The notes: generated by a model not told the origin, from the sequence alone. A stretch of 64,000 bases of DNA from Patescibacteria group bacterium (GCA_040386515.1 JAZKFG010000002.1:15074-79073); one strand, 5' to 3'. Counted from the first letter of the stretch, positions 36,234-45,847 are shown. Numbers and translations are program-made.

Positions 36234-38609
36234 TTATATAACTCTATCTGTAGGTTCATCTTCTTCGAGTAATTCATCTGCCTGGCTCTCAAGATCATCT
36301 GATCGAGAACTACTCTCTTTTCCTACAAGTACTTCTCGTGGACGGGCGCCGTCTGATGGGCCAATAACTCCTTTTGATTCAAGAATATCCATAAGACGAG
36401 CTGCTCGAGAATAACCTATACGGAACTTACGCTGTAGATATGATGTAGAGGCCTTTTTTGCATCTATAACAGCTTGTTTTGCCTCATCATACAGATCATC
36501 ATCAGATTCTTCAGGCTCTTCCGCTCCATCGAATGAAGAAGCGAATATTGCATTAGTTCCTGCATTTTCTTGTTCTTGAGCGCCAAGTTGTATTGTGTCT
36601 GGAACATACTCCATATTATCGATAAGGTATTTAACAATAGTCTTAGTCTCGTTCTCGCCAATGTTAGGTGACTGTACTCGCTGAGGACTAGACATTGAGC
36701 CTGTTTTAAAGAGCATATCTCCTTTACCTAGAAGCTCTTCTGCGCCTCTATCGTCAAGAATAGTTCTTGAGTCAATTTGAGATGCTACCTGAAGGGCGAG
36801 TCGTGAAGGAATGTTTGCTTTAATTGTACCAGTAATAACGTTAACTGATGGGCGTTGTGTTGAAAGTACAAGGTGTATTCCTACAGCTCGTGACATTTGA
36901 GCAAGTCGTACAATACCTGCCTCAAGCTCTTTTGGATATGTCTGCATAATATCTGCCAACTCATCAATTACTATAACTATATATGGCATTGTCTCAGGGA
37001 GAGTTTCCTCAAGATTATCTGCCTCCTCTGGCTTCTTATTTGTAACCTTTTTGGCCGCCTCAAGTGCCGGCATAAGAATGTTCTTATGATATGAATCAAT
37101 ATCTCGTACCTGATGCTTTTCAAGTAAATCGTATCGTCTCGTCATTTCTTTACCTGCCCATTTAAGAGAAAGAATAGCTTTCTTAGGGTCCGTTATTACA
37201 GGAGTCAAAAGGTGAGGGATTCTATTATATAGAGTAAGTTCAACTCGCTTAGGGTCAATAAAGATAAATCGCAGATTCTCAGGTGAGTTCTTATATAATA
37301 GAGAAGTGACCAAGTTGTGAATCATCACAGACTTACCAGATCCTGTTGTTCCAGCAATAAGTACATGCGGCATCTTTGCAAGATCTTCGTAATACATCTT
37401 TCCTGATACTCCTTTACCAAGGGCAATAAGAAGTGGTTTTGATGATTTCTGATATTCATCACTCGCAAGCAATGTTCCTAGTCCAACCATGGTTTTGCTT
37501 GTGTTAGGCACTTCAATACCTACAAGAGACTTTCCAGGGATTGGAGCTTCGATTCGTATCGGATGGGCTGCAAGAGCAAGAGATAGGTTTTGCTGCAAGC
37601 CTAATATTTTTGAAAGCTTAACTCCCTCAGCTGGTTTAAGGGTGTATCGAGTAACTGATGGACCAACTGATATTTCATCCATTTCTACCTGCACACCAAA
37701 GTTCTGGAGTGTTCTTTTAATGATATTTGCCTTGGCTTTAATATCACCAACTTCAGGTTTACCCTTGTCTTTTTCAAGCAAAGATAGAGGAGGAGGAACA
37801 TATGGCTTTCCTAAAAGCATAGATTTTTTACTTACTTGTAAAAGACTGTCTATTTGAGATGCTTCATCTGTAGCCTTATTCTGTAAAGGTTTTTCAGTGT
37901 CCTTTGTGCTGTCCTTTATAAATGCTGCCTTAACCGTGTCCTTTAGAGACATTTCCTCAGCTTCGATTGGCATATCAATTCGCATTTTTTTATCCTTTTT
38001 ACTTACTGCAGTATCATCGTCTTCAAGAGTTTCTTCATCCTCACCCTCGAGCTTGTCTTTGTTTCTAAATCCAACAAATGAGTATTCAAACAGCACAACA
38101 AGAGAAATAAGGAATAAGGCAGTTAGTACAATATAAGCCAAAGTTTTATCAAATAAGTGTAACAATGGTCCTGCAATAAACTCCCCAAATACACCACCTG
38201 CGCCTAATATAGATATCTCTAATATACCCAAAACAGATATAAGTAGCAGTGTGGCAAAGAGGATTTTGGTCTTAGTGTATGCGGTATTCTCTCTATGTAT
38301 ACTATAGAAGTAAGCCTGGACCCCGAAGAGGAAAGGTAAGACATAATAGCCATACCCTAGTAATCCATGGAACCAAGTGTAGGTAGTAGAACCTATAGCT
38401 CCTCCTAGGCTAAAGGGGGACAATATGAAAAATAAGAATAAGACAAAAAAGACAAGTGCCAGAACAGTGTTCTTCACATAGGGGTTTTCAGGGAGCACCC
38501 TAGGAGTCATACCTTTAAGAAACTCAGACATACCAATGCTTTCTTTGCTGTCAGAGACACTTTCTTTAACATTTTTCTTTCGCTTCGTTTTTGGAATCTT
38601 TTTGGACAT
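36234..38609 (-). CDS. ftsK: DNA translocase FtsK/SpoIIIE
   Basis: N-terminal four-TM domain, linker, motor domain with Walker A (GTTGSGKSV), C-terminal gamma winged-helix domain. Confidence 0.85.
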   Translation of the reverse strand: MSKKIPKTKRKKNVKESVSDSKESIGMSEFLKGMTPRVLPENPYVKNTVLALVFFVLFLFFILSPFSLGGAIGSTTYTWFHGLLGYGYYVLPFLFGVQAYFYSIHRENTAYTKTKILFATLLLISVLGILEISILGAGGVFGEFIAGPLLHLFDKTLAYIVLTALFLISLVVLFEYSFVGFRNKDKLEGEDEETLEDDDTAVSKKDKKMRIDMPIEAEEMSLKDTVKAAFIKDSTKDTEKPLQNKATDEASQIDSLLQVSKKSMLLGKPYVPPPLSLLEKDKGKPEVGDIKAKANIIKRTLQNFGVQVEMDEISVGPSVTRYTLKPAEGVKLSKILGLQQNLSLALAAHPIRIEAPIPGKSLVGIEVPNTSKTMVGLGTLLASDEYQKSSKPLLIALGKGVSGKMYYEDLAKMPHVLIAGTTGSGKSVMIHNLVTSLLYKNSPENLRFIFIDPKRVELTLYNRIPHLLTPVITDPKKAILSLKWAGKEMTRRYDLLEKHQVRDIDSYHKNILMPALEAAKKVTNKKPEEADNLEETLPETMPYIVIVIDELADIMQTYPKELEAGIVRLAQMSRAVGIHLVLSTQRPSVNVITGTIKANIPSRLALQVASQIDSRTILDDRGAEELLGKGDMLFKTGSMSSPQRVQSPNIGENETKTIVKYLIDNMEYVPDTIQLGAQEQENAGTNAIFASSFDGAEEPEESDDDLYDEAKQAVIDAKKASTSYLQRKFRIGYSRAARLMDILESKGVIGPSDGARPREVLVGKESSSRSDDLESQADELLEEDEPTDRVI

Positions 38610-38624
38610 GTGTCCTATTTTACC

Positions 38625-39380
38625 ATGAGGATAGGCGGAGCCTTGCTTTTTTACTTGTCTTATATATACTGTTTGCTAATGGACAATCATTTTTTACCTA
38701 TTGAGCCAAAAAAAGACACCACCATTACAAATAAAAGACAGATTGAGCGTGGCGCTATATCAAAGGCGATATACATGGTAACAGATCTCTTTGAAGAGAA
38801 AGAGCCTCTTAGATCAGCTCTTCGAGATGCTGCCGTGGATATGCTTAGATATGAAGGATCTGAAGCTACTAACAGACTCAAGTCTTTATTGGTGCTAAGT
38901 AAGGAGGTTGGGCTTGTGGCACAGATAAATGTAGATATTCTACTCAGGGCTATTAATAGTGTTGAAGAAAGTGTGCATATAAGAGAGCAAAACCTTGATA
39001 TATCGCATGTGCTTAAATTTGAGAGTAGGGATGATCGGTCTGCTGATGGAGAGGTAAAGAACAATTCTATGCCTGAAGCTCAAAACGAGGACAAAGCCTA
39101 TCAGAACCCTAAAAAGGAGGTTGAGGCAATCGATATTATTGCAAAGGTTGAAAAGCCTCTACAGGCCTCACCCATAGTTACAACACTAGATATCGGCACT
39201 AGACGGAAGAAAATACTGGAAGTAGTGCGTTCTAAAGGACAAGCTACAATTCATGAGTTCATAGAGTCTATACAGGGCTGTAGCTCAAAAACTATACAGA
39301 GAGAGCTTACAAGCTTGGTATTGTCAGGGACATTAAAAAAGACAGGGGAGAGAAGATGGAGTAAGTACTCACTTAGGTAG
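38625..39380 (+). CDS. hypothetical protein with C-terminal winged-HTH-like segment
   Basis: ORF track GTG 38610 abuts the ftsK start, so the first ATG at 38625 was used. C-terminal RRKKILEVVRSKGQATIHEFIE...TIQRELTSLV resembles a DeoR-type HTH. Confidence 0.35.
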   Translation: MRIGGALLFYLSYIYCLLMDNHFLPIEPKKDTTITNKRQIERGAISKAIYMVTDLFEEKEPLRSALRDAAVDMLRYEGSEATNRLKSLLVLSKEVGLVAQINVDILLRAINSVEESVHIREQNLDISHVLKFESRDDRSADGEVKNNSMPEAQNEDKAYQNPKKEVEAIDIIAKVEKPLQASPIVTTLDIGTRRKKILEVVRSKGQATIHEFIESIQGCSSKTIQRELTSLVLSGTLKKTGERRWSKYSLR

Positions 39381-39439
39381 GTTACTATAGGACATATGGG
39401 TTTTTTGCATAAAACCACGTAAAAGATGTAATATAACGC

Positions 39440-39600
39440 CTATGTACCCGTTTTCAAGGGTACAGGTTAGGCTTTGGAGTCCGTTTTGAGTATTGGTTCA
39501 ATCGATATTCAAGACGGGTTCGCAAAGATTTAGCCCGAGTAGTGCGTGTCTAGCAATTATCAATTATTATTAATAATAGACACTCAAAACGTACTACTTA
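39440..39600 (+). ncRNA. structured 5' leader / candidate cis-regulatory RNA upstream of surface-protein gene
   Basis: Nested hairpin GCCTA-TGTACCC-gttttcaa-GGGTACA-ggt-TAGGC-ttt. A 13-bp stem ccgttttgagtat/atattcaagacgg with two GU pairs, valid only on the plus strand. A split stem agtagt..tgtcta / tagaca..actact. Complementary 9-mers cgttttgag (39483) and ctcaaaacg (39582). Confidence 0.35.
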
Positions 39601-39617
39601 TATTTAAATCAAACATT

Positions 39618-41384
39618 ATGAAAAAAACATTCAAAGCAGCAATTTTCGCTCTTGCACTTACAGTTACTGTAGGAGCATCAGCAGAAGGTTACATGTTCAA
39701 TACTAACCTTACAGTAGGATCAAGAGGAGCTGATGTTACAGCACTTCAGAACATCCTAGCTGCAGGAGGATACTTCACAGCTACTCCTACAGGTTACTTT
39801 GGATCAATTACAAAAACAGCAGTTATGGCTTACCAGAGAGCGAACGCAATTACTCCAGTTTCTGGATACTTCGGTCCTCTTACACGAGCTACTATGAACT
39901 CTTCAGTAACTACTACAACTCCTACAACTCCAGCAGCATGTCCAGTAGGATACGTATGTCAGCCTACAACTTCAACTGGTTCAACATCAGGAAGTGAAGG
40001 ATTCGCAGAGGTTCGAATTGCAGTTACTCCAACAAACAACCCAAATGTACAAATCAGTACAGATGTACCAGTTTACGGAATTGAATTCAGAGCTAAGCAG
40101 TCTGATATTACAGTTGAAAGAATTAACCTAGAAGTAGCAGTTAACGCTGGTACAACAGGATCTCCTTCATATGAAAACCCATCAACATTGATTAACACAG
40201 TTATCATTAAAGATGGATCAACTGTTCTACAGACAATCCCTGTTAACTCAACAACTTTCTCAAAGATCACAACTAACGGTAGTTCAACATACTACCTACA
40301 GCTTGCAGGTCTAGGATTCAAAGTTACTAAGGATACAGCGAAAAACCTATCAGTTTCATTCAACACTAACTCAATCGACTCAGATCGAATCGTTACAGTT
40401 GGAACATACCTAGATCAGGGAATTCGAGTTGTAGACGGACGAGGAATCAGTAGTTACACAACAGTTTCTGAAGATCGAGTACACACTTTCAAGAAGCCAG
40501 GTACATCTACAGTTACTGCTAAAGCAGACGCTACTACTCTTTACGCAAACAACTACCGAGTTAACGTTAATGGAAACGGAGCTGAAAAAGTTCTTTCATC
40601 AACATTTGCTGTTAAATCAGATACAGGTTCTTCAAAGCTAAACAGTGTTACAGCTCAGGTTGTAGCATCTGGAACAACTCCAACAAACCTATACTTGTAC
40701 GACGGATCAACAATTGTTGACGCTCGATCAGTACCAGCACCAGTTTCAGGAACATCTACAGTTATATTTGATGTAAGTAATGCAAACATTACTGTACCAG
40801 CAGATACTACTAAGACTTTCTCAATCAAGGCAGACCTTCCATCAAATACAGCTACAGGAACTGTTATTCAAACAACAGTTACAGCAGTATCTTATGAGAA
40901 ACCAAATGGTTCATCAGCAACTATCGGTGGTCTAACTATTGCAGGTCCTTATAACTACTTTGCTCCAGTTGTTGCTAAATTCAGTAAAGTTTCTTCAACA
41001 GTTACTACACAGTCTAACAACAACATCAACACATCTATCGTTTCAAGTGTAAGACTTGGACTAATGGCAGATGGTGGAGATATTAGTACATCAACTTCTG
41101 CAGTTATCGGTATTAAGAACGTTCAGACAGGAGCTATCCTAGCAACTACAACAGTTTCTGGAACTCCATCTGAAAGTGGTCTAGCGGTATTCGCCGACGG
41201 AGCATCAAAATATGTTGACTTTACAGCAACATTCAGTTCTTCTACTCTACCAGCAGGAACTACAAACGTAAGAACATTCGTACAGTCTGTTACTTGGACA
41301 CCAATGGCGTCTGGAGTTGCAGTTACTCAGTCACGAGGATTCGAAGCATTTGATAGTGATTCATTCGCAACATTCAGTAAATAG
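39618..41384 (+). CDS. secreted cell-surface protein with N-terminal peptidoglycan-binding domain (PG_binding_1); candidate major surface / S-layer-like protein
   Basis: Signal peptide MKKTFKAAIFALALTVTVGASA. LTVGSRGADVTALQNILAAGGYFTATPTGYFGSITKTAVMAYQRANAITPVSGYFGPLT matches PG_binding_1. About 480 aa T/S/V/N-rich beta region. Biased codon use (act/gtt/gct/tca) and a strong terminator downstream. Confidence 0.6.
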   Translation: MKKTFKAAIFALALTVTVGASAEGYMFNTNLTVGSRGADVTALQNILAAGGYFTATPTGYFGSITKTAVMAYQRANAITPVSGYFGPLTRATMNSSVTTTTPTTPAACPVGYVCQPTTSTGSTSGSEGFAEVRIAVTPTNNPNVQISTDVPVYGIEFRAKQSDITVERINLEVAVNAGTTGSPSYENPSTLINTVIIKDGSTVLQTIPVNSTTFSKITTNGSSTYYLQLAGLGFKVTKDTAKNLSVSFNTNSIDSDRIVTVGTYLDQGIRVVDGRGISSYTTVSEDRVHTFKKPGTSTVTAKADATTLYANNYRVNVNGNGAEKVLSSTFAVKSDTGSSKLNSVTAQVVASGTTPTNLYLYDGSTIVDARSVPAPVSGTSTVIFDVSNANITVPADTTKTFSIKADLPSNTATGTVIQTTVTAVSYEKPNGSSATIGGLTIAGPYNYFAPVVAKFSKVSSTVTTQSNNNINTSIVSSVRLGLMADGGDISTSTSAVIGIKNVQTGAILATTTVSGTPSESGLAVFADGASKYVDFTATFSSSTLPAGTTNVRTFVQSVTWTPMASGVAVTQSRGFEAFDSDSFATFSK

Positions 41385-41448
41385 TCGACTGTTGATTAAC
41401 TCTTCGGGGTTAACCTAACAAATCAACTACTCATTGATGAGTAAATAC

Positions 41449-41480
41449 AAAAAGCCACTCGAAAGAGTGGTTTTTTGTTG
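41449..41480 (+). terminator. strong rho-independent terminator
   Basis: aaaaagccactc-gaaa-gagtggtttttt followed by gttgttt. Confidence 0.7.
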
Positions 41481-41528
41481 TTTAATTTTACCTTTATTTT
41501 AATGGTAAATAATGTTATTATTGGTTGC

Positions 41529-41621
41529 ATGTTAGATAACACATCTTTCAAATTCATACTTGGATTCTTAGGAGTGGTTATCGTTGTTCTACTTATTCTT
41601 AAGCATATTGCAGTAGCATAA
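41529..41621 (+). CDS. possible 30-aa hydrophobic small peptide (MLDNTSFKFILGFLGVVIVVLLILKHIAVA)
   Basis: Unannotated small ORF with an ATG start, forming a single TM helix. Lies between the terminator and the ECF sigma gene. Confidence 0.2.
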   Translation: MLDNTSFKFILGFLGVVIVVLLILKHIAVA

Positions 41622-41669
41622 TTACACGTGCAAAAGTGTAATATTCATTGACATTAAACGTTATCTTAT
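41617..41669 (+). promoter_or_regulatory. inverted repeat TTACAC-n8-GTGTAA plus TTGACA -35-like box immediately upstream of the ECF sigma gene
   Basis: ttacacgtgcaaaagtgtaa at about 41622-41641. ttgaca at about 41648-41653, with a 17-nt spacer to tatatg overlapping the ATG at 41670. Confidence 0.3.
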
Positions 41670-42269
41670 ATGAAAGAAGATCATACACATATCGAACATA
41701 TGAACGACTCCTATACAGATATATGGTCTATTTCAGACACAGACTTTAAGAAGCACTTTGAAAATATATATTACGAACATATAGATTCATTATATAGATT
41801 TGCATACTTTAGAATCACTGATACTGAAAAGGCAACAGACTTAGTTCAAGACGTTTTTATTAAATATTTTGCATATTTACAAAAGCTTCGTCAGAACAGG
41901 GAAGTTGAAAATGATACAAATGTAGATTTGAATCATAGAGCCTTTTTATTTCAATCACTACGTAACGCCATTATCGATCAATATCGTCTCAAGAAAAGTT
42001 ATTCTCTTGATGCCTTGATTGACAATGAAGGTTATGATTTGCTTTCTGATGAGGATGCTACATCTTCAACTGAGACAGATATAAGTTTTAAGGAATTGTC
42101 TAAACATATAGTCAAACTTAAACCTGCTCATCAAGAACTCATATACATGCGCTATTTTGAAGGAATGTCAGTTACGGAGATTTCTCTAGCCTTAAATGAA
42201 AGAGAAAACACTATATCTGTTAAACTTCACCGCATTGCTGAGACACTAAAAAAGAACATGCGTTCGTAA
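41670..42269 (+). CDS. ECF-type sigma-70 family RNA polymerase sigma factor
   Basis: Region 2 (DLVQDVFIKYF) and region 4 HTH (MSVTEISLALNERENTISVKLHRI). 199 aa. Confidence 0.7.
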   Translation: MKEDHTHIEHMNDSYTDIWSISDTDFKKHFENIYYEHIDSLYRFAYFRITDTEKATDLVQDVFIKYFAYLQKLRQNREVENDTNVDLNHRAFLFQSLRNAIIDQYRLKKSYSLDALIDNEGYDLLSDEDATSSTETDISFKELSKHIVKLKPAHQELIYMRYFEGMSVTEISLALNERENTISVKLHRIAETLKKNMRS

Positions 42270-42297
42270 AATATTTTCAAAAAAATTATAAAACCCA

Positions 42298-43158
42298 ATG
42301 TCAAAAGACGTTAACACTATCATCAACACACTTCAAAAAATACGACCTAATAAGTCAGTGTGTTTGAGTGATGATAAGAAAGCGTCAATCTTAAAGACTG
42401 TATTTGAAACTCCTATTGCTAAGCCTATTGTTCATCGTCACACATCAAGAATTCCGTCACCATTCATTGTGATGTTTTCTCGATATGTATTGCCAGTATT
42501 TGTCCTATTCTTCGTAGGAAGAGTTTTTGGGGAAGGTATGCTACAGAAGGCTCAATTGGCTATTGGTAACTACAATGATGTTAAGTCAGAGGTAAAGTTA
42601 AATAACTCATTGCTGGAGACTCGGAAGGATATTGTAGCCCTAAAGTCTTTAGATACTCTGAATTCAGATACTGATTTAGCTGAAAAAATAGCCCTTGCTG
42701 ATAAGGTTACAACAGGATCACGAGAGATACGTAATCAGGTGGCCTCTTTGGTTAAAGAGAATAAGATAACAGAAGCAAAACAGGTTGTTCTGACTCTTGA
42801 AACAGCTCTTAAAGCTGATGAACTGTATAAAGTTGCTACATCAGTAAGTAATGCGGTTTTTGAGACAACTGACCTACGCCTTGAATTAGAGCGACAGGAA
42901 ACTGAAGCATCAGTTTCTCGGTCAGCTACTTCATCAACCTCAACTATTAATATTTTAAATGAAAGACTTTCTGCTGATAAGAAAAACCTAGCTAAGCTAG
43001 AGGTTACAGCTTCAACTACAGACATGATTGATTCAGCGAATAAGTCACTTGTAAAATCAGAAGAATACATTAAAGCAGGGGATGTTGAAAACGCTATTAT
43101 ATCACTCCAAGCGCATGATCGTATAGTTGCGGAACTAAAGCTTGTCCTGTTACCATAA
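42298..43158 (+). CDS. putative membrane-anchored anti-sigma factor
   Basis: Short cytoplasmic N-terminus, single TM helix (YVLPVFVLFFVGRVF), coiled-coil/Ser-Thr-rich extracytoplasmic domain. Directly downstream of the ECF sigma. Confidence 0.45.
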   Translation: MSKDVNTIINTLQKIRPNKSVCLSDDKKASILKTVFETPIAKPIVHRHTSRIPSPFIVMFSRYVLPVFVLFFVGRVFGEGMLQKAQLAIGNYNDVKSEVKLNNSLLETRKDIVALKSLDTLNSDTDLAEKIALADKVTTGSREIRNQVASLVKENKITEAKQVVLTLETALKADELYKVATSVSNAVFETTDLRLELERQETEASVSRSATSSTSTINILNERLSADKKNLAKLEVTASTTDMIDSANKSLVKSEEYIKAGDVENAIISLQAHDRIVAELKLVLLP

Positions 43159-43162
43159 GGCA

Positions 43163-43411
43163 ATGGCATTCTTTAAAGATTTCATCACAAAACAATTAGT
43201 TAAAAAACAGCTCAAAGGTGTTCCTGAAGACCAGCAGCAAAAAATTATGACCCTTATAGAAAAGGATCCTGATTTTTTCAAAGAAATAGGAGAAAAGATT
43301 CAAGAAGAAATAAAAAAAGGCAAAGGGCAAATGGAGGCCACAATGTCAGTTATGAAAGAGCATCGTGAAAAGTTAGCAAAACTTTTAGGTGATTCTGGAA
43401 TTAAAAACTAA
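43163..43411 (+). CDS. small hypothetical protein (KE-rich, helical)
   Basis: ATG at MAFFKDF within ORF 43142..43411. Confidence 0.3.
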   Translation: MAFFKDFITKQLVKKQLKGVPEDQQQKIMTLIEKDPDFFKEIGEKIQEEIKKGKGQMEATMSVMKEHREKLAKLLGDSGIKN

Positions 43412-43438
43412 TTTAAATATACGCCTTCTATGGCATAC

Positions 43439-43500
43439 AAAAAACACTTGAAACACATTCAAGTGTTTTTTGACATAAGATTAAGTATGGTATACTAAAC
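43439..43500 (+). promoter_or_regulatory. terminator hairpin followed by sigma70-like promoter for ftsEX (TTGACA ... TGgTATACT)
   Basis: aaaaaacacttgaa-acacat-tcaagtgtttttt, then ttgacataagattaagtatggtatact ending 10 nt before the ATG at 43506. Confidence 0.5.
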
Positions 43501-43505
43501 CCCAT

Positions 43506-44186
43506 ATGCTTAAGTTCAATAATGTTACCAAGCTATATCATACAGGTGATATAGCTCTAAAAGATATTAATATTCACATAAAGCCAAAAGAATTTGTTTC
43601 AATAGTAGGGCAGTCTGGCGCAGGTAAGACCACACTACTTAAACTTATTCTTGGTGAAGAAGCTCCAACTGAAGGTGATGTGGTATTTGAAGAAATGAAT
43701 ATTCACAAACTTAAAAGAAAACATATGAATATGTATCGACGTCGAGTGGGTACAGTATTTCAGGATTTTCGTTTATTGCCAGATAAAACTGCATATGAAA
43801 ATGTTGCTTTTGCAATGGAAGCTGCAGGACGAACAGACTCTGAAATAAAATCTGATGTGCCTCATGCACTTGATCTTGTAGGACTGCGACATAAAGCTCA
43901 TAGTTTCCCTGATGAATTGTCAGGAGGGGAGAAACAAAGAGTTGCAATTGCACGAGCTATTGTGAATCAGCCTGAACTTATTATTGCAGATGAGCCGACA
44001 GGAAACCTTGATCCTATTAACACATACGAAATTATTCAGCTCCTTAAAAAAATAAATGATTTAGGTACAACTATTTTACTTACAACACACAACGTGGGTG
44101 TAATTGATAATCTTGGTCGAAGAGTTATTACTATTAAAGATGGAAAAGTTGCGCTTGACAGTATAGAAGGAAAATACATTTTATAA
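43506..44186 (+). CDS. ftsE: cell division ATP-binding protein FtsE
   Basis: ABC ATPase with Walker A (GQSGAGKTT), signature LSGGEKQR and Walker B (IIADEPT). Paired with ftsX. Confidence 0.85.
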   Translation: MLKFNNVTKLYHTGDIALKDINIHIKPKEFVSIVGQSGAGKTTLLKLILGEEAPTEGDVVFEEMNIHKLKRKHMNMYRRRVGTVFQDFRLLPDKTAYENVAFAMEAAGRTDSEIKSDVPHALDLVGLRHKAHSFPDELSGGEKQRVAIARAIVNQPELIIADEPTGNLDPINTYEIIQLLKKINDLGTTILLTTHNVGVIDNLGRRVITIKDGKVALDSIEGKYIL

Positions 44187-44213
44187 TTTAATTCTTAATA
44201 CCATACATATCAC

Positions 44214-45137
44214 ATGATTATCACAAAATTAAGACGTACAATAAAATCAGGAGCAGTAAGTTTTTGGCGAAATAGTTCGGTATCGCTTGCGTCAGTTCTT
44301 ATCATGACAGTGACGCTTACTGTTATTTCTATGATTCTTTTCTTCGGAGTTGTAATGTCATCAACGCTCGAAACTATTAAAAATAAAGTTGATATAAATG
44401 TGTACTTTATCAAGAGTGCGCCAGAGGATGAAATGCTTGCACTAGCTGAAAGCTTGAAGCAAATGCCTGAAATATCAACAGTGGACTATATTTCACGTAA
44501 GCAGGCCTATGATACCTTTAGAGCACGACATGAAGGAGAAGAAGCAACTCTTCAAGCTCTTGATGAGATTGGAGAAAATCCACTTCCTGCAAGTTTGAAT
44601 ATTAAAGCCAAAGATCCTTCACAATACGATACAATTGTAGAAGCATTGAAAGGAAAAGAGGTTGCTGTAAATGATGATGGAATCATTGATAAAATTAACT
44701 ATACAAAGAACAAAGAAGCGATTGATGCGATTACTCGTATTATTGCAGCATCAAATAAGCTTGGATTTTTGATAGCACTATTCTTTGCAGCGGTTTCAAT
44801 TCTTATTACCTTTAACACTGTTCGATTAGCTATTTATATTTTCCGAGAAGAGATTTCAGTTATGCGATTGGTGGGTGCGAGTGAGACATATATTCGTGGT
44901 CCGTTCGTGACTGTAGGAATACTGTACGGAGTTGTGTCAGCTGTTGTGACCATACTCATATTGTTGCCGCTAACGCATTCGCTTGGAGCATGGACAGATA
45001 AGTTAGGAACAGGTATGAACTTGTTTGCATACTATCAAGCAAATCTGCCAATGATTATTCTTTCTCTTGTTGTTGCAGGAACAGTGCTTGGGGCGATATC
45101 AAGTTATCTTGCTATTAGAAGATATTTGAAAGTATAA
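44214..45137 (+). CDS. ftsX: cell division permease FtsX
   Basis: Four TM helices, with a large extracytoplasmic loop after TM1. Follows ftsE. Confidence 0.8.
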   Translation: MIITKLRRTIKSGAVSFWRNSSVSLASVLIMTVTLTVISMILFFGVVMSSTLETIKNKVDINVYFIKSAPEDEMLALAESLKQMPEISTVDYISRKQAYDTFRARHEGEEATLQALDEIGENPLPASLNIKAKDPSQYDTIVEALKGKEVAVNDDGIIDKINYTKNKEAIDAITRIIAASNKLGFLIALFFAAVSILITFNTVRLAIYIFREEISVMRLVGASETYIRGPFVTVGILYGVVSAVVTILILLPLTHSLGAWTDKLGTGMNLFAYYQANLPMIILSLVVAGTVLGAISSYLAIRRYLKV

Positions 45138-45164
45138 AGTTTGGAAAATAATATAAAAAAAGAA

Positions 45165-45195
45165 GGTCGGAATCCGTGATGGACTCCGACCTTTT
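45165..45195 (+). terminator. hairpin terminator after ftsX
   Basis: ggtcggaatccgtgatggactccgacc followed by tttt. Confidence 0.55.
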
Positions 45196-45223
45196 GGGTT
45201 GGTGTTGAAACGAGTTTCAGTGA

Positions 45224-45847
45224 TTAGCGAACTCCGCGAGGGCGGGGTGCTGGGCGGCGGTAGGCGTTGCCTTGATAACCGCTGGACTGATATGTGGGCA
45301 GGCGTCCTGCGTAGCCGCTGGATTGGTAGGTAGGCAGATTGCCCTTATACGTATTTTCGTACGTAATCGGGGCTCCGCGGTAAACGGCCGCAGGGTACCC
45401 TCCTCCCAGATTGCTCTGGTCGTTCGGGTTGCTGGAGTAACGTCCTCCTTGAGGGTTGCCGTATCCGACAGGTCCTTGTGGCTGGTTGTAACCGCCGTTG
45501 TAGCCGGGCTGCAGTGAACGCTGATAGCGGCTCATCTCGGAGTTTACCGGCGGGCGCATCTGGATTTGAGCCTGGCCTTGCTGCCAGCGGAGGTACTCAT
45601 TGTACTCGCGGCGCTCCTGCTCCATTTGAAGTCGCTGTGCTTCGCGGCGGGAACGTTCGTTCATTTCCTGCATTTCCCGCTGATACTGGGCCCGGAGCTG
45701 ATCCTGGCGTTGTAAGTACTGTGCGTGCTGTTCTGGACTCATTGGCGCTCCGCGAACTTCGCGTTGGGCTTGGGCTTGGGTTGTGCCACAGGCGGTGAAA
45801 AGGCAAGCGAAAACGCCTGCGAGAATCATCTGAATGGTTTGTTTCAT
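45224..45847 (-). CDS. GC-rich lipoprotein with Gln/Arg-rich coiled region and Gly/Tyr-rich repeats; compositionally foreign
   Basis: Lipobox MKQTIQMILAGVFACLFTAC|G. Local GC about 60% versus about 38% in flanks. Repeats PTYQSSGYAGRL / PTYQSSGYQGNAY. Confidence 0.6.
   Translation of the reverse strand: MKQTIQMILAGVFACLFTACGTTQAQAQREVRGAPMSPEQHAQYLQRQDQLRAQYQREMQEMNERSRREAQRLQMEQERREYNEYLRWQQGQAQIQMRPPVNSEMSRYQRSLQPGYNGGYNQPQGPVGYGNPQGGRYSSNPNDQSNLGGGYPAAVYRGAPITYENTYKGNLPTYQSSGYAGRLPTYQSSGYQGNAYRRPAPRPRGVR

Noticed and set aside
39618-41384. Diversity-generating retroelement target in the surface protein
   Set aside because: No reverse transcriptase gene and no template/variable repeat pair is detectable in the window.
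45272-45806. Plus-strand ORFs 45272..45517, 45478..45798 and minus ORF 45597..45806 in the GC-rich island
   Set aside because: High GC suppresses stop codons in all frames. The minus-strand lipoprotein frame has the signal peptide, promoter and repeats, so the others are artefacts.
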